From Macrostomum hystrix (taxonomy: Eukaryota; Animalia; Platyhelminthes), in contig CATNEN010000001.1 of NCBI GenBank assembly GCA_950097015.1, positions 16,926,001 to 16,990,000 on the forward strand: 64,000 nucleotides of DNA. Direction: 5' to 3'. Shown piece by piece: positions 13,085 through 27,000 of this stretch. Under the pieces are notes generated by a model. That model worked only from the letters and a program-made list of their open reading frames with translations. It searched no databases and was not told the DNA's origin. A program made the position numbers and the translations under genes. Every line of letters starts with the position of its first letter. Position 1 is the first letter of the stretch.

Positions 13085-14868
13085 AAAAAACCCATTCAAA
13101 ATCCACAAAACACATTCAAAATCCCCAAAACCCGTTCAAAATCCCCAAAACCAATTCAAAAGCCCCAAAACCCATTCCAAATCCCCATAACACGTTCAAA
13201 ATCCCCAAAACCCATTCAAAAGCCCCAAAACCCATTCAAAATCCCTAAAACCAATTCAAAATCCACAAAACCAATTCAAAATCCACAAAACCAATTCAAA
13301 ATCCACAAAAACCAATTCAAAATCCACAAAAACCAATTCAAAATCCACAAACCCATTTAAAAGTTACAAAACCCATTTAAAAGTTACGAAACCCATTTAA
13401 AAGCCACAAAACCCATTCAAAAGCCCCAAAACCCAATTCAAAATCCACAAAACCTATTTAAAATCCACAAAACCCATTTCAAAGTTACAAAACCCATACG
13501 AAATCTGCAAAATCCACAAAACCCATTTAAAATCCACAAAACCCATTTAAAATCCACAAAACCCGTTCAAAATCCCCAAAACCCGTTCAAAATCCCCAAA
13601 ACCCGTTCAAAATCCCCAAAACCAATTCAAAAACCCCAAAACCAATTCAAAAGCCACAAAACCCATTTAAAGTCCACAAAACCCATTTAAAATCCACAAA
13701 ACCCACTCAAAAGCCCCAAAACCCATTTAAAATCCAGAAAACCCTTTTAAAATCCACAAAACCCATTTAAAAGTTACAAAACCCATTTAAAATCCACAAA
13801 ACCCGTTCAAAATCCCCAAAACCCGTTAAAAATCCCCAAAACCAATTCAAAAACCCCAAAACCAATTCAAAAGCCCCAAAACCCATTCAAAAACCACAAA
13901 ACCCATTCAAAAGCCACAAAACCCATTCAAAAGCCACAAAACCCATTCAAAATCCCCAAAACCCATTCAAAATCCACAAAACCCATTCAAAATCCACAAA
14001 ACCCATTTAAAATTTACAAAATCCATTCAAAAGCCCCAAAACCCATTCAAAATCCACAAAACCCATTCAAAATTTACAAAACCCATTCAAAATCCACAAA
14101 ACCCATTCAAAATCCACAAAACCCATTTAAAATTTACAAAACCCATTCAAAATCCACAAAACCCATTTAAAATTTACAAAACCCATTCAAAATCCACAAA
14201 ACCCATTTAAAATTTACAAAACCCATTCAAAATCCACAAAACCCATTTAAAATTTACAAAACCCATTCAAAATCCACAAAACCCATTTAAAATTTACAAA
14301 ACCCATTCAAAATCCACAAAACTTATTTAAAATTTACAAAACCCATTCAAAATCCACAAAACTTATTTAAAATTTACAAAACCCATTCAAAATCCACAAA
14401 ACCCATTTAAAATTTACAAAATCCATTCAAAATCCACAAAACCCATTTAAAATTTACAAAACCCATTCAAAATCCACAAAACCCATTCAAAATCCACAAA
14501 ACCCATTCAAAAGCCACAAAACCCATTTAAAATTTACAAAACCCATTCAAAATCCACAAAACCCATTCAAAATCCACAAAACCCATTCAAAAGCCACAAA
14601 ACCCATTTAAAATTTACAAAACCCATTCAAAATCCACAGAACCCATTCAAAATCCACAAAACCCATTTAAAATTTACAAAACCCATTCAAAATCCACAAA
14701 ACTAATTCAAAATTTACAAAACCCATTCAAAATCCACAAAACCCATTTAAAATTTACAAAACCCATTCGAAATCCACAAAACCCATTCAAAATCCCCAAA
14801 ACCCATTCAAAATCCACAAAACCCATTTAAAATTTACAAAACCCATACGAAATCTGCAAAATCCACAA
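13085..14868. repeat. 20 bp tandem repeat (AAAACCCATTCAAAATCCAC) with alternating variants
   Basis: Directly visible. Confidence 0.95.
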
Positions 14869-15554
14869 TCCTTTTGAGACTCTTTCCCTCTTTCGAGTTA
14901 CTCAAAGTTAGCGAGCAAAGTTGGTGTTAACAAAGACAATAGACTGAGTTGGGGTTCGTGACAACCCAGAATCTATCTCTTCAAATTCGCTAATTTCGTG
15001 ATATATTTAGAAATCACGCCTATCAAAGTAACCTGACCTCGAACCCAGAAAAAGGCGAGTGACATTTTGGCCTCATTTGTGGCCATGGAGATCTGATAAA
15101 CGTTGATGATGCAACACAGTCGCCATGATTGATGGCCGCCGATAAGAAGCATAGTGGAAATGGTTTTTATTTTTTATATAATTCCTGCTCAAAGCCTGAT
15201 GGAGTGGTTGATTCGCTTTGCTACAATTATAGAAAAAGGCTCATTAATTTTTTATAATCCTTACAAAACCTCACGGACCAGGGTTAATGAGTGATCTTTG
15301 TTGCGATCTTGTTTCAAGAGCTGTTGAGACACGATTGCTACGGAAGCAGTTATTATAGTTAACGGGCTTCCTCTATCCTCAAACTGAGCTTAGTAATTAC
15401 TTTTTTGTCCTTCATTTTGGATGTCGTGTTACCATGATTTGACAATCTGTCATTAAATTTCTAGATGCAATGTTGCCATTCAAAAAAACTATTTTGTTTA
15501 ATAAAAGATTAATTTGATGCCTAAAAATCGTGTCTAATTACTAAAATCATATAT

Positions 15555-16005
15555 TGATTACTGAAACTGTATTTCATTACTGAAATTGTTTTCTGATTAC
15601 AAAATTTATTTTGCTGATTACTGAAATGGTTTCTGATTACTGAAATCGTTTCTGATTACTGAAATCGTTTCTGATTACTGAAATGGTTTCTGATTACTGA
15701 AATAATTTCTGATTACTGAAATCGTTTCTGATTACTGAAATCGTTTCTGATTACTGAAATCGTTTCTGATTAATTAATTCGTTTTTCTGATTGCTGAAAT
15801 GGTTTCTGATTACTGAAATCGTTTCTGATTACTGAAATCGTTTCTGATTACTTAAATCGTTTTTCTGATTGCTGAAATGGTTTCTGATTACTGAAATAGT
15901 TTCTGATTACTGAAATGGTTTCTGATTACTGAAATAGTTTCTGATTACTGAAATAGTTTCTGATTACTGAAATAGTTTCTGATTACTGAAATGGTTTCTG
16001 ACTAC
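15555..16005. repeat. 19 bp tandem repeat (TTTCTGATTACTGAAATCG)
   Basis: Directly visible. Confidence 0.9.
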
Positions 16006-17211
16006 TGTAGAAACTGATAAAATCGATCGGAAATCCAAAAGCAGTTAAATGCAGGCAGCACCCATGAGCAGCCATCCATTATGCTATTTTATATCCACTT
16101 TCATCACAGACCAACAATCCCTGACTAGCCATTTGACATTGGCACTGCTTGATGGGCTATTCCCTGCACCCACCCCAGGCCGCAGAACCCTGCACCACCA
16201 TCCCAGACAGTTGCAGAAAAACTCCACTTCACAAGTAAAGGAAACAAGCTTGACATACTGCAATGTAGCATTCAACATTAACATAACAGATAGATAGGGC
16301 GCGCCAACCCATCCGCCAATGTCTAGCAGCTCACGACTGGGCTCCACCCACCGGCTCCCTCCCCAACAACCACCCACCTAAGCCTCCCCAACCCCTCCTG
16401 TTTTCGGAACAATTATCGAGACTAGAGGTTACAAGGCAGGGAGAGACAGGGGTAGAGCAGTGGCTGGTGGCTTGCTAGACTGCCTGCCGCCATGCCTGGT
16501 GCCGCCGCCGCAGCCGCCGCCGCCGCCGCCGCTACCGCCGCCGCCCCACCTCATAGGTCCAGGTCCAATGCCTTCAAACCCAAACCCTTGTCATGTGAAG
16601 AGCATACAGGCACGCGGGCCCTCTGTCTGTCTGTCTGTGTGTGTCTGTGTGTGTCTGTGTGCGCGTGTGTGTGGCGACAGTCAGTCGGCTTTTGATGCCA
16701 ATCTCTTCTTAGTCTAACCCCGTGCACCCTTCTACATGCCTTGAAAACCTGCCACCGTGCATAGTCCGTGCAATGGATTGGTCGGTTCAAAAAGGATTTT
16801 TTTGGCACAAGCCTTTTTATATACCATTTATTCATATATGGTTACAAGCTACTGCTGAACATGACCGGGTAGTGTGCGCGTTCCAGTGGTAGCCCCATGG
16901 ACACTCAAGCACGCTTCTAAACTGAAATAATTATAGAACACAGATGCCTGACTACTGCGGGCCTCTCTGTTGTGTCTTTTTTTACTTCCGGGGAACGAAC
17001 AAGCGACCATCCGATGGGGGGAGAGCCGTCGTTCTTTTACTACGTTTTCTCCGTCGTTCAATATTTTTTTAGCTTCGTGCGCATCAAGGGAACACTCAAC
17101 TTTCTAATTAGCAGTCTTTGATTACTACTCTGATTTATAAGTAGTATATTTTCAAACTGGCAATTTAGAAATTCATACAAATTCTTTCTTTTTTTCTAAT
17201 TTTCCTGAAGT

Positions 17212-17401
17212 TGCACCAAGGCCCCTGACCTCGATTCCGTGGCAAGGCCACATTACTTAGGGGCTTGTCTTACAATTTAGGACATTGCCTCCAAGGCACA
17301 GCGCGAGCGTAAGCTGCGTGAGAAAGTCAGGGCAGATGTACACACCTGTGTGAGTGTGTGCCTGCGTACAGTATCTGTGTGCGTGTGTGCTCAGGAGTCA
17401 G
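17212..17401 (+). mobile_element. Truncated copy of the tRNA-derived SINE family seen at 49398-49700
   Basis: GCACCAAGGCCCCTGACCTCGATTCCG and GATGTACACACCTGTGTGAG...GTGTGTGCTCAGGAGTCAG align by eye with 49439-49591. Confidence 0.7.
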
Positions 17402-18086
17402 TGTCTACGGGATAGTTTGAAGCTACTAAACTCAATACTGCATGTTGTTAAAGCAATCTTTACAAATTGTTCTACTTTAAGTAGAAAGATAAGGACATTT
17501 TAGGACAGGTATTTACAAAATTTCACAGGGTTTGTTTGAAGTTTTTGAAGGAGTTTTTGCAACTTTCGTGTAGTTTTAGCAACAAATACTATTGTGAGTA
17601 ATAAATGTTGAAAACTGACATATTTTTTGCCGAAAAAATGGGTGGGATCACATTTAGGCAATTTATTAATTTTCTGGTTGCAACTTCAACAACACAGTAA
17701 GATTTTCCAACCGCTATAGAGTTATTTCAAGCGTCGAGTGTGTAGTTGCAGAATGCAATATCTTCTGGAATTCAAAATTTAAAATCTTGTGCAGCTGCTA
17801 TGCAAAGCAAGGGTGTGTGCGATACGCATGGGCCTGACACAAGCAGCAGTCACAAACACAGCCCGCCCCCAACCCAGCCGCGAGAAAATTAGTTTTTCCT
17901 TTAACCATTGAACTGGCAATTTAGTATACGTTGATTCATTTTCGGTTCCTCACTTACAAGGAAGCCACGCGGGCCATTCTGTTGCCATTCTAGACGCCAA
18001 CAAACCAAACTTCTGCTTTGAAATTATTTCTTCGAAAAAGCGTTCAGAAGGGACACTTACTAGAAGTTGAGCCTTGGGGGCAGCAT

Positions 18087-18117
<31 letters not shown>

Positions 18118-18566
18118 GGCAGTTGTTGAAAAAGTGTTACTCTCAGTTCTCCAGCCCCCAGTTTTGCCACTTCATTGTACGCCTATATCTGTTTAAGAAT
18201 GAGCCAGTCGAAACGCCTTTAAAGCTTTAGATTCTAATCAGAATGTTTTGTCTGCAGCCGTTGCATTTGATCGTCAGAGATAAATAATAAATCTACATTT
18301 TCTTTCTCTATTTCTCTATTTCTGCGTGTGACTTCCACAAAATTCATGAGCGAGAAGAGGATCTTAGAGATAATGATAGACAGGCTTAGAATCATAACTG
18401 TGAGATGCAGAATCGCCTACCTATGGATAGTTTTTCTAATCGCTAGACCTAATCTAGTCTCTATGTAAGCATTTCTTGTTCATTTCGATCTCTATTTCAA
18501 TTCCCGCTGATGTGGTTTAGCTCGAACAGCTATAGCCTTTAGGCTAGTCAGCTGTTGTGTATATGT

Positions 18567-18603
<37 letters not shown>

Positions 18604-19450
18604 TCTGCGTGTTCATGAAGTCTCTCTGTCTGGACTAGCTAGGTATATAATAATAGTTAAAACAGTAACAATACTTATAACAATAATAATAATATATACC
18701 GTCGGTGAAAAAATTCAGACACTGGTCCTGATATCACCTGAATATAGTGGGGCCTGTGTTGCATAATCTAATAACACTACAGCTGGCCCCAATGCCTCCC
18801 CTGCTAATCTTTCCTGCTAATCTTCTCTCTCGCTGCGTCCAGTTTGCAGCTTTTGTCGCCCAGATGTTTCTGGGCCTGGGCTCCACATCCGTGCGATGAG
18901 CGCTGACTTCCTGAACAGGGGAAAATGTGTCCCAAAATCCCCAGAAAATCTCCCAACACAGTCCAGAAGAGCCGAACTGCACTTCTGTAAGCTTAATTCC
19001 CGCTTTTCCTTTCTAACACAGATGCTCCTGTCAATTGCTTCGAAAAACGGACTTCCTCTTTTTTGGGGGGGGGATTTTTTGAGGATTCTGGATATTCTTG
19101 TGGTCCCAATCCCACTCTGAAGGTTGGCACCCAGGCACGATGTCTAGGTGGGGAGTTACGAGAAGTTTTAAAAAGTTTTACTGCGTGAGAAATCCGCATT
19201 GGCAAGGCCACCCCCAAAAACTGGTTCTTTGTTACATTTCCAGTCTGTGCTTCGATGCTCTGTGCGAGTTAAAGGCAATAAATTATTTTACACACAGCTT
19301 TTCAGTTTCCATTTGACGTCTGTGCCGGGCCAAACTTAAACCATTTTAGCACATTTTAATTCCTGTTTTTTACTTTAGTGCCTTTGAACCAGACTGTGTA
19401 TTGTTTAGGTTGCTTTGACTGCGATTTAAAGTCCATCTTGGCCCTGTCAC

Positions 19451-20105
19451 TGTCTCATCTCTCCCGTGTCTCATCTCTCCCGTGTCTCATCTCTCCCGTG
19501 TCTCATCTCTCCCGTGTCTCATCTCTCCCGAGTCTCATCTCTCCCATGTCTCATCTCTCCCGTGTCTCATCTCTCCCGTGTCTCATCTCTCCCGTGTCTC
19601 ATCTCTCCCGTGTCTCATCTCTACCGTGTCTCATCTCTACCGTGTCTCATATCTCCCATGTCTCATCTCTCCTCTGTCTCATCTCTCCTCTGTCTCATCT
19701 CTCCTCTGTCTCATCTCTACCGTGTCCCATCTCTCCCGTGTCTCATTTCTCCCGTGTCTCATCTCTCCCGAGTCTCATCTCCCCCGTGTCTCATCTCTCC
19801 CGAGTCTCATCTCTCCCGTGTCTCATCTCTCCCCTGTCTCATCTCTCCCGTGTCTCATCTCTCCCGAGTCTCATCTCTCCCGAGTCTCATCTCTCCCGAG
19901 TCTCATCTCTCCCGTGTCTCATCTCTCCCGTGTCTCATCTCTACCGTGTCTCATCTGTCCCGTGTTTGATCTCTCCCGTGTCTCATCTGCCCTGTGTCTT
20001 ATCTCTCCCCTGTCTGTCTCATCTATTTCCTGTCTCACCTTTTCTCTGTCACCTATCCTATTCTCTCTCTCACCTATCCAATCTCTCCTTTGTCTCATCC
20101 CTCCC
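19451..20105. repeat. 17 bp pyrimidine-rich tandem repeat (TGTCTCATCTCTCCCG-like)
   Basis: Directly visible. Confidence 0.95.
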
Positions 20106-21541
20106 CTGTCCCCTGCTGTTGCTAGCCGATTATGACCATTCTGTAGCTTCCTCTTTATTCGATAAGAAAACAGGCAATTTCTTTCAAGTTAATAAATCAA
20201 AGTTTAAACTCGCAACTTTAGACAGACAAGCGAGCCAGTGGAGCTGTAAAAAGTGGCGCCGCTTTGGGTGGCTTGACAACAGGCGCACAAAGAAAGGCGC
20301 TTGGATATTGTGCTACTGTTGCTTCTACCGCGTATAGTAAAGGCGGTGGTACAACTATAAGCAGCTATGGAACTTTTTATTAACAGCAGGCTAGACAGTG
20401 ACTGTATGTACTAATTTGATAGCTTGGTAATAATGGGGAGTTTAACATTTATTAACTCCAACGGGAGACAGACGGTAGAAAGGGCTTGGGCTGAAGAACA
20501 CGAAACGGGGTCCCCTGAGAGACTTTGCCCATTCTGCTTGCGGACTCCGGCAATGGAAAGATTGATGATGTTTCTCTAAGCCCTCCTAACTCCTATAGTA
20601 TCTGAGGAAAAATTTGCTTTAGTGGTCAGTGCGTCCAGATTCCCCTGGTCTTCGCGCGATTGGTTAGAGACTTGGAGCCAAAAGAAGAGAGAGAGGAAAA
20701 AACTGCATTGGGAGACGTTGCAGCAAAGTGAAGTCAGCGAGCTGGGGTGGGTGCTGGCGACACTTCTGGATGGCTGGTTAAGGGGCTGTGTAGGAGCAGG
20801 CGCGAGGATTGTTGTGGATTTCTGAAAAGCTCACAATAAGACTTCCTAGCGCAGCACAATGCTCTCCTACCATTGGTTGGACTCCATAAAGGCCTCCCCA
20901 ACTGCCAATCCGCCAAAGCCATTAGAAAAGACCCTTCAGTCCTGATCGCTTCACGTCTTACAAGTCTGGTTATTAAGAAGCTACAACACACGTAGAACAC
21001 CCGTTTAGCTTTCATAGCCCTGCAGCCTTTGTGACACTCAAGACTAGCTCAACACAGGTCAGAGGGAGTGAGAAAGAGACAATCTAGCTAAGAAAGACTT
21101 AGAAACTAGACGAAGGACAAGCCATTGTCTGCAACCTGACTACTGTGTGTGTCGGTGTAAATTCGAGACAAGACAGACAGCAAGAAGCTTAAATTGATAC
21201 TTGCAAGCCGAACTAAGCAATAGTATCGAACAGCAGGAGTCGAGCGGAAGCATTCGGATACGTTTTAGAGTCAGGCCGCTCGCTCGCTGGCTCCATCGTC
21301 ATTCGCTGGGAACGTCAGCTTATAATCCAACAGCAGCAGGCAGGAAGAACCCCTAGAAAACTTTTGAAACCCGAGACCAAATAAGGCCCAGTTATAGGAC
21401 GACACACAAAAAACTGGAATAAGAAGTAGGAGAATAGGCAACTGCCCGTACATCCAAACACCGCCAGACCGTAGGGCCAGCAAACAGCTGTGACTATTGA
21501 ATACTCAGTTCAGCCAGGTTGAAGTCCCAGACACGATCAGC

Positions 21542-24020
21542 ATGTTGAAATCACTGCAGCCAGTAGTTATCGCCGTAGTCCTCAGTTTCGTCAGTGTCTG
21601 CTCCAACTGCTGGGCGTTGGAAAACATTTCAGGCGACCAGGTGCCAGAAATCAGCGAACACGAAGCTACTCTACCGTCTGCTCCGAAGATCTCTACACAG
21701 CCGCAGTCTTTGTACTATGCCTCGTTGAAGACCCCAGCCGTGATTGAGTGCACCGCCGATCATTCATCCTACGTCACCATCCACTGCAACGGCCGAGTGC
21801 TCAATCGCAAGGTGGATGTGCTGTCTGATCATGAGCAGACTGGGCGGCAGAAATTCTCCGTGCCAATCGAGTTCACTGAGGTTCAACAATGGTTGTCGTC
21901 AGTAGCCGACGGTGGAGCTGCTGAGTTCTACTGCAACTGCGAGGCCTGGAACCAGATGCCGGAGCTGAGTAACACCTACCGCAAAGTGGTCAGCCGGAGG
22001 GCGGTAGTCAGGCTAGCTTGTGAGTTGGGGCTTCTTATATAATGACATCTGTCATTTTGTACATATCCTGTGTGCGGCATGTTCAGTGTCTGGTTCCAGT
22101 AAACACAGGGTCAAAAAGCAGTTAGAATGTTGTGAAATTAGCTTGCAATGCTGACTAATTCTTAATGAGGGGTTGTGACTAAAGTGCGCTTGGCTGCCTA
22201 GAGATTTTCTCGGTAATTTAACCTGCCACCTGACGCAAACACCTGAGTGAACTAAATGAATTGAAAAATATGCAGCCAACGAAAATTACTGGCCAAAATT
22301 CAGTCTGATAGGTAAATTGCGTACATCTGCAGCTACCTGCCCGCTTCGCCAAATCGACAATTTCGAATCAAGAATTGTTCAACAGCAATGTCTCACTGGC
22401 AGACAGTCCGGTTCGCTGAAACGTCGCAATTTCAATCCTATATTGTGCCAACCGAAAGCCTAGTTGGTTAAATTAAATCAGTTGGTTGAATTCAATCAGT
22501 TACACTATGCGATGGTTTTGCATCCAGTTGGACTACAAAGAATTGTATAGATGGAATTTGAAAAAAAAATCGATTCATTCCCCACAAAAACGGTTTGAAA
22601 TTTAAGTAAATCGCGTGCTTTTAGGGTTTTTATGGTGAAACGCGGCGCGAACACATCTTATTGCTTCACGGTTCAATTGTGAACAGGCCTCAAAGCACAG
22701 CTTCGAGGGCTGCTGTTTAACGCAGCTCTGAACAATAACTTCACGCTCCGTGCACCTCAAATAAAGTATGCCTATAGCTATATTATTATGATTATTCTCA
22801 CGGAGGAAGCAGTGGCACAGATAGCAGGAGTAGCATGAGCTCCGTCTGGGTGAGCACACGCATCACTGCAACCCTGTGACGCCTGACTGCATCGGTGGGG
22901 TCTGCTATATAATTATTATCGCTATAAAGACAGACTGTTAAGTTGGAGGCACAGATCGAAATACAGACTAGACTGGCTTCAAGAGAAAGGTAGGGATAGG
23001 CAGTTGAGTAAAAAATCGATGATGAGCACGGTTCGTGATTCCCCAGTCAGTCAGCCTTCGAAATCTCTCAATGAAAGAAAGAGAAAAAAATCAGAGCTTT
23101 GAGTCAGTAAAATCTGCGAGTTGCTCTTTGTTTGCTTGTAATCTGGGGGTAGGCTTCATAGTGTTCTCAGAACTAGGAGTGGATCTCATTAGATTCAGAA
23201 TCTTGACAAGGCCTACCTACCGACTGACTCAAGCACCTTATCCCAAGCTAGTTCTCTATCTCTCTATCTAAAGTGTTTAATCAAAAACATTCTGAGCAGG
23301 GAGAGTAGAGAAAGTTAGAATGTAAAATGAGCATCTGACATGTGAACTCATGGTACTATTAAGCCATTGTAAATGCAATGGACCTATAGCTATAGCATTC
23401 CCTATCCTGTGAGCAAACACTTCAACTTGTCCCGCCTAACTGTGCTCACATACCTACCCCCCCAAACCCATGAGCAGCCGGATCGGGGGCCGCACAGTTT
23501 TTTAAGCTTAGAAGAAGTCAAAGCCAACGTCGAGACACGATTTAGTTGTCTTCAAAATTCTTGAATAGTCTGACAGCCTGACAGCGGACAAGGGGCTTAC
23601 AATGACTAAGGAATAGCGAATGAAGAGTGCACAAACTCAAGCTCTGTACATGCCTGTCTTGAGTTAAATCTCCTATTAGCCCTAAGCTTATAGCCCAATC
23701 TGCGGTTTTCTGCTTTTCAAACAAATAAAAGACAGACTATTTTCAGCCCATCTAGTCCATTGTATAGGGAGCTATGATTCTCTGTCTCATTACAGTGCGA
23801 GATACTGGGTGTTAGCTTGCGATCAGACACACACACACACAAACAATTCACAGTATGTCTGGCAATTGTCACAATCATAAAAAATACAGAACTCCTAAAT
23901 TCATTGTCACAGCGGCACTGTGTCACAGTCGTTGTATTTGTAGCTTGTTCTGGTATTGTAGTGAAATGCTTAATTCTCGTAACACGAGCTAGCTATGTGT
24001 TTCATTGTGCCTAGTTAATG

Positions 24021-24073
<53 letters not shown>

Positions 24074-27000
24074 ACAACACCAAATATATTTAGGCGTACG
24101 AGTGTGAGCTTGTTGGCTAATTAGATCGACTATGCCACACAATAGATTGGCACCCATTTCGTAGTTTCTCATTTCTGTCTCTACCAAGCAAGCATTGTCA
24201 TTTCTGCCTGTCTCTGTCTCTCACTACTTACTAATTGACACAAAATTATTAGAAAGTTTTTACACTTAATTAATAAATATTCCCAACATAGTTTATCTGA
24301 TCTTTGCCGTTTCAGATTTCGATTCGAATCGTTTTCAATTCGACCCGTTGCCAATGAATGTGTCCAACGGCTCCAGCGTCATGCTGTCCTGCATACCGCC
24401 TAAGGGCACGCCCAAGCCACAGGTAAGGACTGCTTTTTTCACGGTAGACATTCGAATCTGGGATTTAGAATCTGGGATTTAGAATCTGGGATTTAGAATA
24501 TGGGATTTCGAATCTGGGATTTCGAATCTGGGATTTAGAATCTGGGATTTAGAATCTGGGATTTAGAATCTGGGAATTAGAATCTGGGATTTAGAATCTG
24601 GGATTTAGAATCTGGGATTTAGAATCTGGGATTTAGAATCTGGGATTTCGAATCTGGGATTTCGAATCTGGGATTTAGAATCTGGGATTTAGAATCTGGG
24701 ATTTAGAATCTGGGATTTAGAATCTGGGATTTAGAATCTGGGATTTAGAATCTGGGATTTAGAATCTGGGATTTAGAATCTGGGATTTAGAATCTGGGAT
24801 TTAGAATCTGGGATTTAGAATCTGGGATTTAGAATCTGGGATTTAGAATCTGGGATTTAGAATCTGGGATTTAGAATCTGGGATTTAGAATCTGGGATTT
24901 AGAATCTGGGATTTAGAATCTGGGATTTAGAATCTGGGATTTAGAATCTGGGATTTAGAATCTGGGATTTAGAATCTGGGATTTAGAATCTGGGATTTAG
25001 AATCTGGGATTTAGAATCTGGGATTTAGAATCTGGGATTTAGAATCTGGGATTTAGAATCTGGGATTTAGAATCTGGGATTTAGAATCTGGGATTTAGAA
25101 TCTGGGATTTAGAATCTGGGATTTAGAATCTGGGATTTAGAATCTGGGATTTAGAATCTGGGATTTAGAATCTGGGATTTAGAATCTGGGATTTAGAATC
25201 TGGGATTTAGAATCTGGGATTTAGAATCTGGGATTTCGAATCTGGGATTTAGAATCTGGGATTTAGAATCTGGGATTTAGAATCTGGGATTTAGAATCTG
25301 GGATTTAGAATCTGGGATTTAGAATCTGGGATTTAGAATCTGGGATTTAGAATCTGGGATTTAGAATCTGGGATTTAGAATCTGGGATTTAGAATCTGGG
25401 ATTTAGAATCTGGGATTTAGAATCTGGGATTTAGAATCTGGGATTTAGAATCTGGGATTTAGAATCTGGGATTTAGAATCTGGGATTTAGAATCTGGGAT
25501 TTAGAATCTGGGATTTAGAATCTGGGATTTAGAATCTGGGATTTAGAATCTGGGATTTAGAATCTGGGATTTAGAATCTGGGATTTAGAATCTGGGATTT
25601 AGAATCTGGGATTTAGAATCTGGGATTTAGAATCTGGAATTAGAATCTGGGATTTCGAATCTGGGATTTCGAATCTCGGATTTAGAATCTGGGATTTAGA
25701 ATCTGGGATTTAGAATCTGGGATTTAGAATCTGGGATTTAGAATCTGGGATTTAGAATCTGGGATTTAGAACCTGGGATTTAGAATCTGGGATTTAGAAT
25801 CTGGGATTTAGAATCTGGGATTTAGAATCTGGGATTTAGAATCTGGGATTTAGAATCTGGGATTTAGAATCTGGGATTTAGAATCTGGGATTTAGAATCT
25901 GGGATTTAGAATCTGGGATTTAGAATCTGGGATTTAGAATCTGGGATTTAGAATCTGGGATTTAGAATCTGGGATTTAGAATCTGGGATTTAGAATCTGG
26001 GACAAAAGGATTTGGTTGTTATTGCCCCAAAACAGAGTAGACTGAAGTACTTTTCTAACAAGAGACCCAGTCAGTGACGGCTGAGGTGAGAAAATTAGCG
26101 ACAGATTTCGAAGTCCCGCTGAGAGTCTTTTAAACTATCCTAAAAAACTAGGAACAAAGAAGGCTTAGAAGATCCTATAATTACTCACTGCCACCACAGT
26201 GGGGGTAAGAAATTATCGAGCTTTATTTTGTCCCATTGTCCCTTTTGAACACTTTGCACCGAAGAACACCTCAGCGGGGTGCCCCAGACATTTCCACTCA
26301 ACTCACGGCTCAGACAGGGAACAGGGAATACTGTTATTAAGCAAGACTAACAATTATCACAGACAACAATTAATAATAATCGGCAGGTGGGGGGCTGCAC
26401 TGACAGGTGAAATGATGGTCCATCCTCAGAGGGACATTATTATTGCATCATTCGCAAACTCAACGGGCGGGCGAACTAACTAAAAGTGTGGACAGGATTT
26501 CTAGATTAAAATCTATTTTCAGTTTTTCATTTGTTTAAAACGATTTAATTGACAGGTGAAATGGTTGAAGGATGGTCAGCCGGTTGATATGGTCGAATTG
26601 GCACATCGGGTCACCCTCGATCACCAGAAACAGCTCATCATCACCCCCGTACTGCTGTCCGACCGTGGAAATTATAGCTGCGTTGCCGAGATACCCGGCC
26701 AGCAGCTGCACTCCAAGCCTGCGCTGCTGTGGATTTACGGTGAGTCTAACAGGACTGACTACCTGTCTAACAGGACTGACTACCTGTCTAACAGGACTGA
26801 CTACCTGTCTAACAGGACTGACTACCTGTCTAACAGGACTGACCACCTGTCTAACAGGACTGACTACCTGTCTAACAGGACTGACTACCTGTCTAACAGG
26901 ACTGACTACCTGTCTAACAGGACTGACTACCTGTCTAACAGGACTGACTACCTGTCTAACAGGACTGACTACCTGTCTAACAGGACTGACTACCTGTCTA

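Noticed and set aside
16460-16717. Proline-rich ORF
   Set aside because: Driven by GCC and TG microsatellites; no splice or homology support
24452-26002. Interstitial telomere
   Set aside because: The unit is a 14-mer, not TTAGGG or a known variant, and it lies inside an intron
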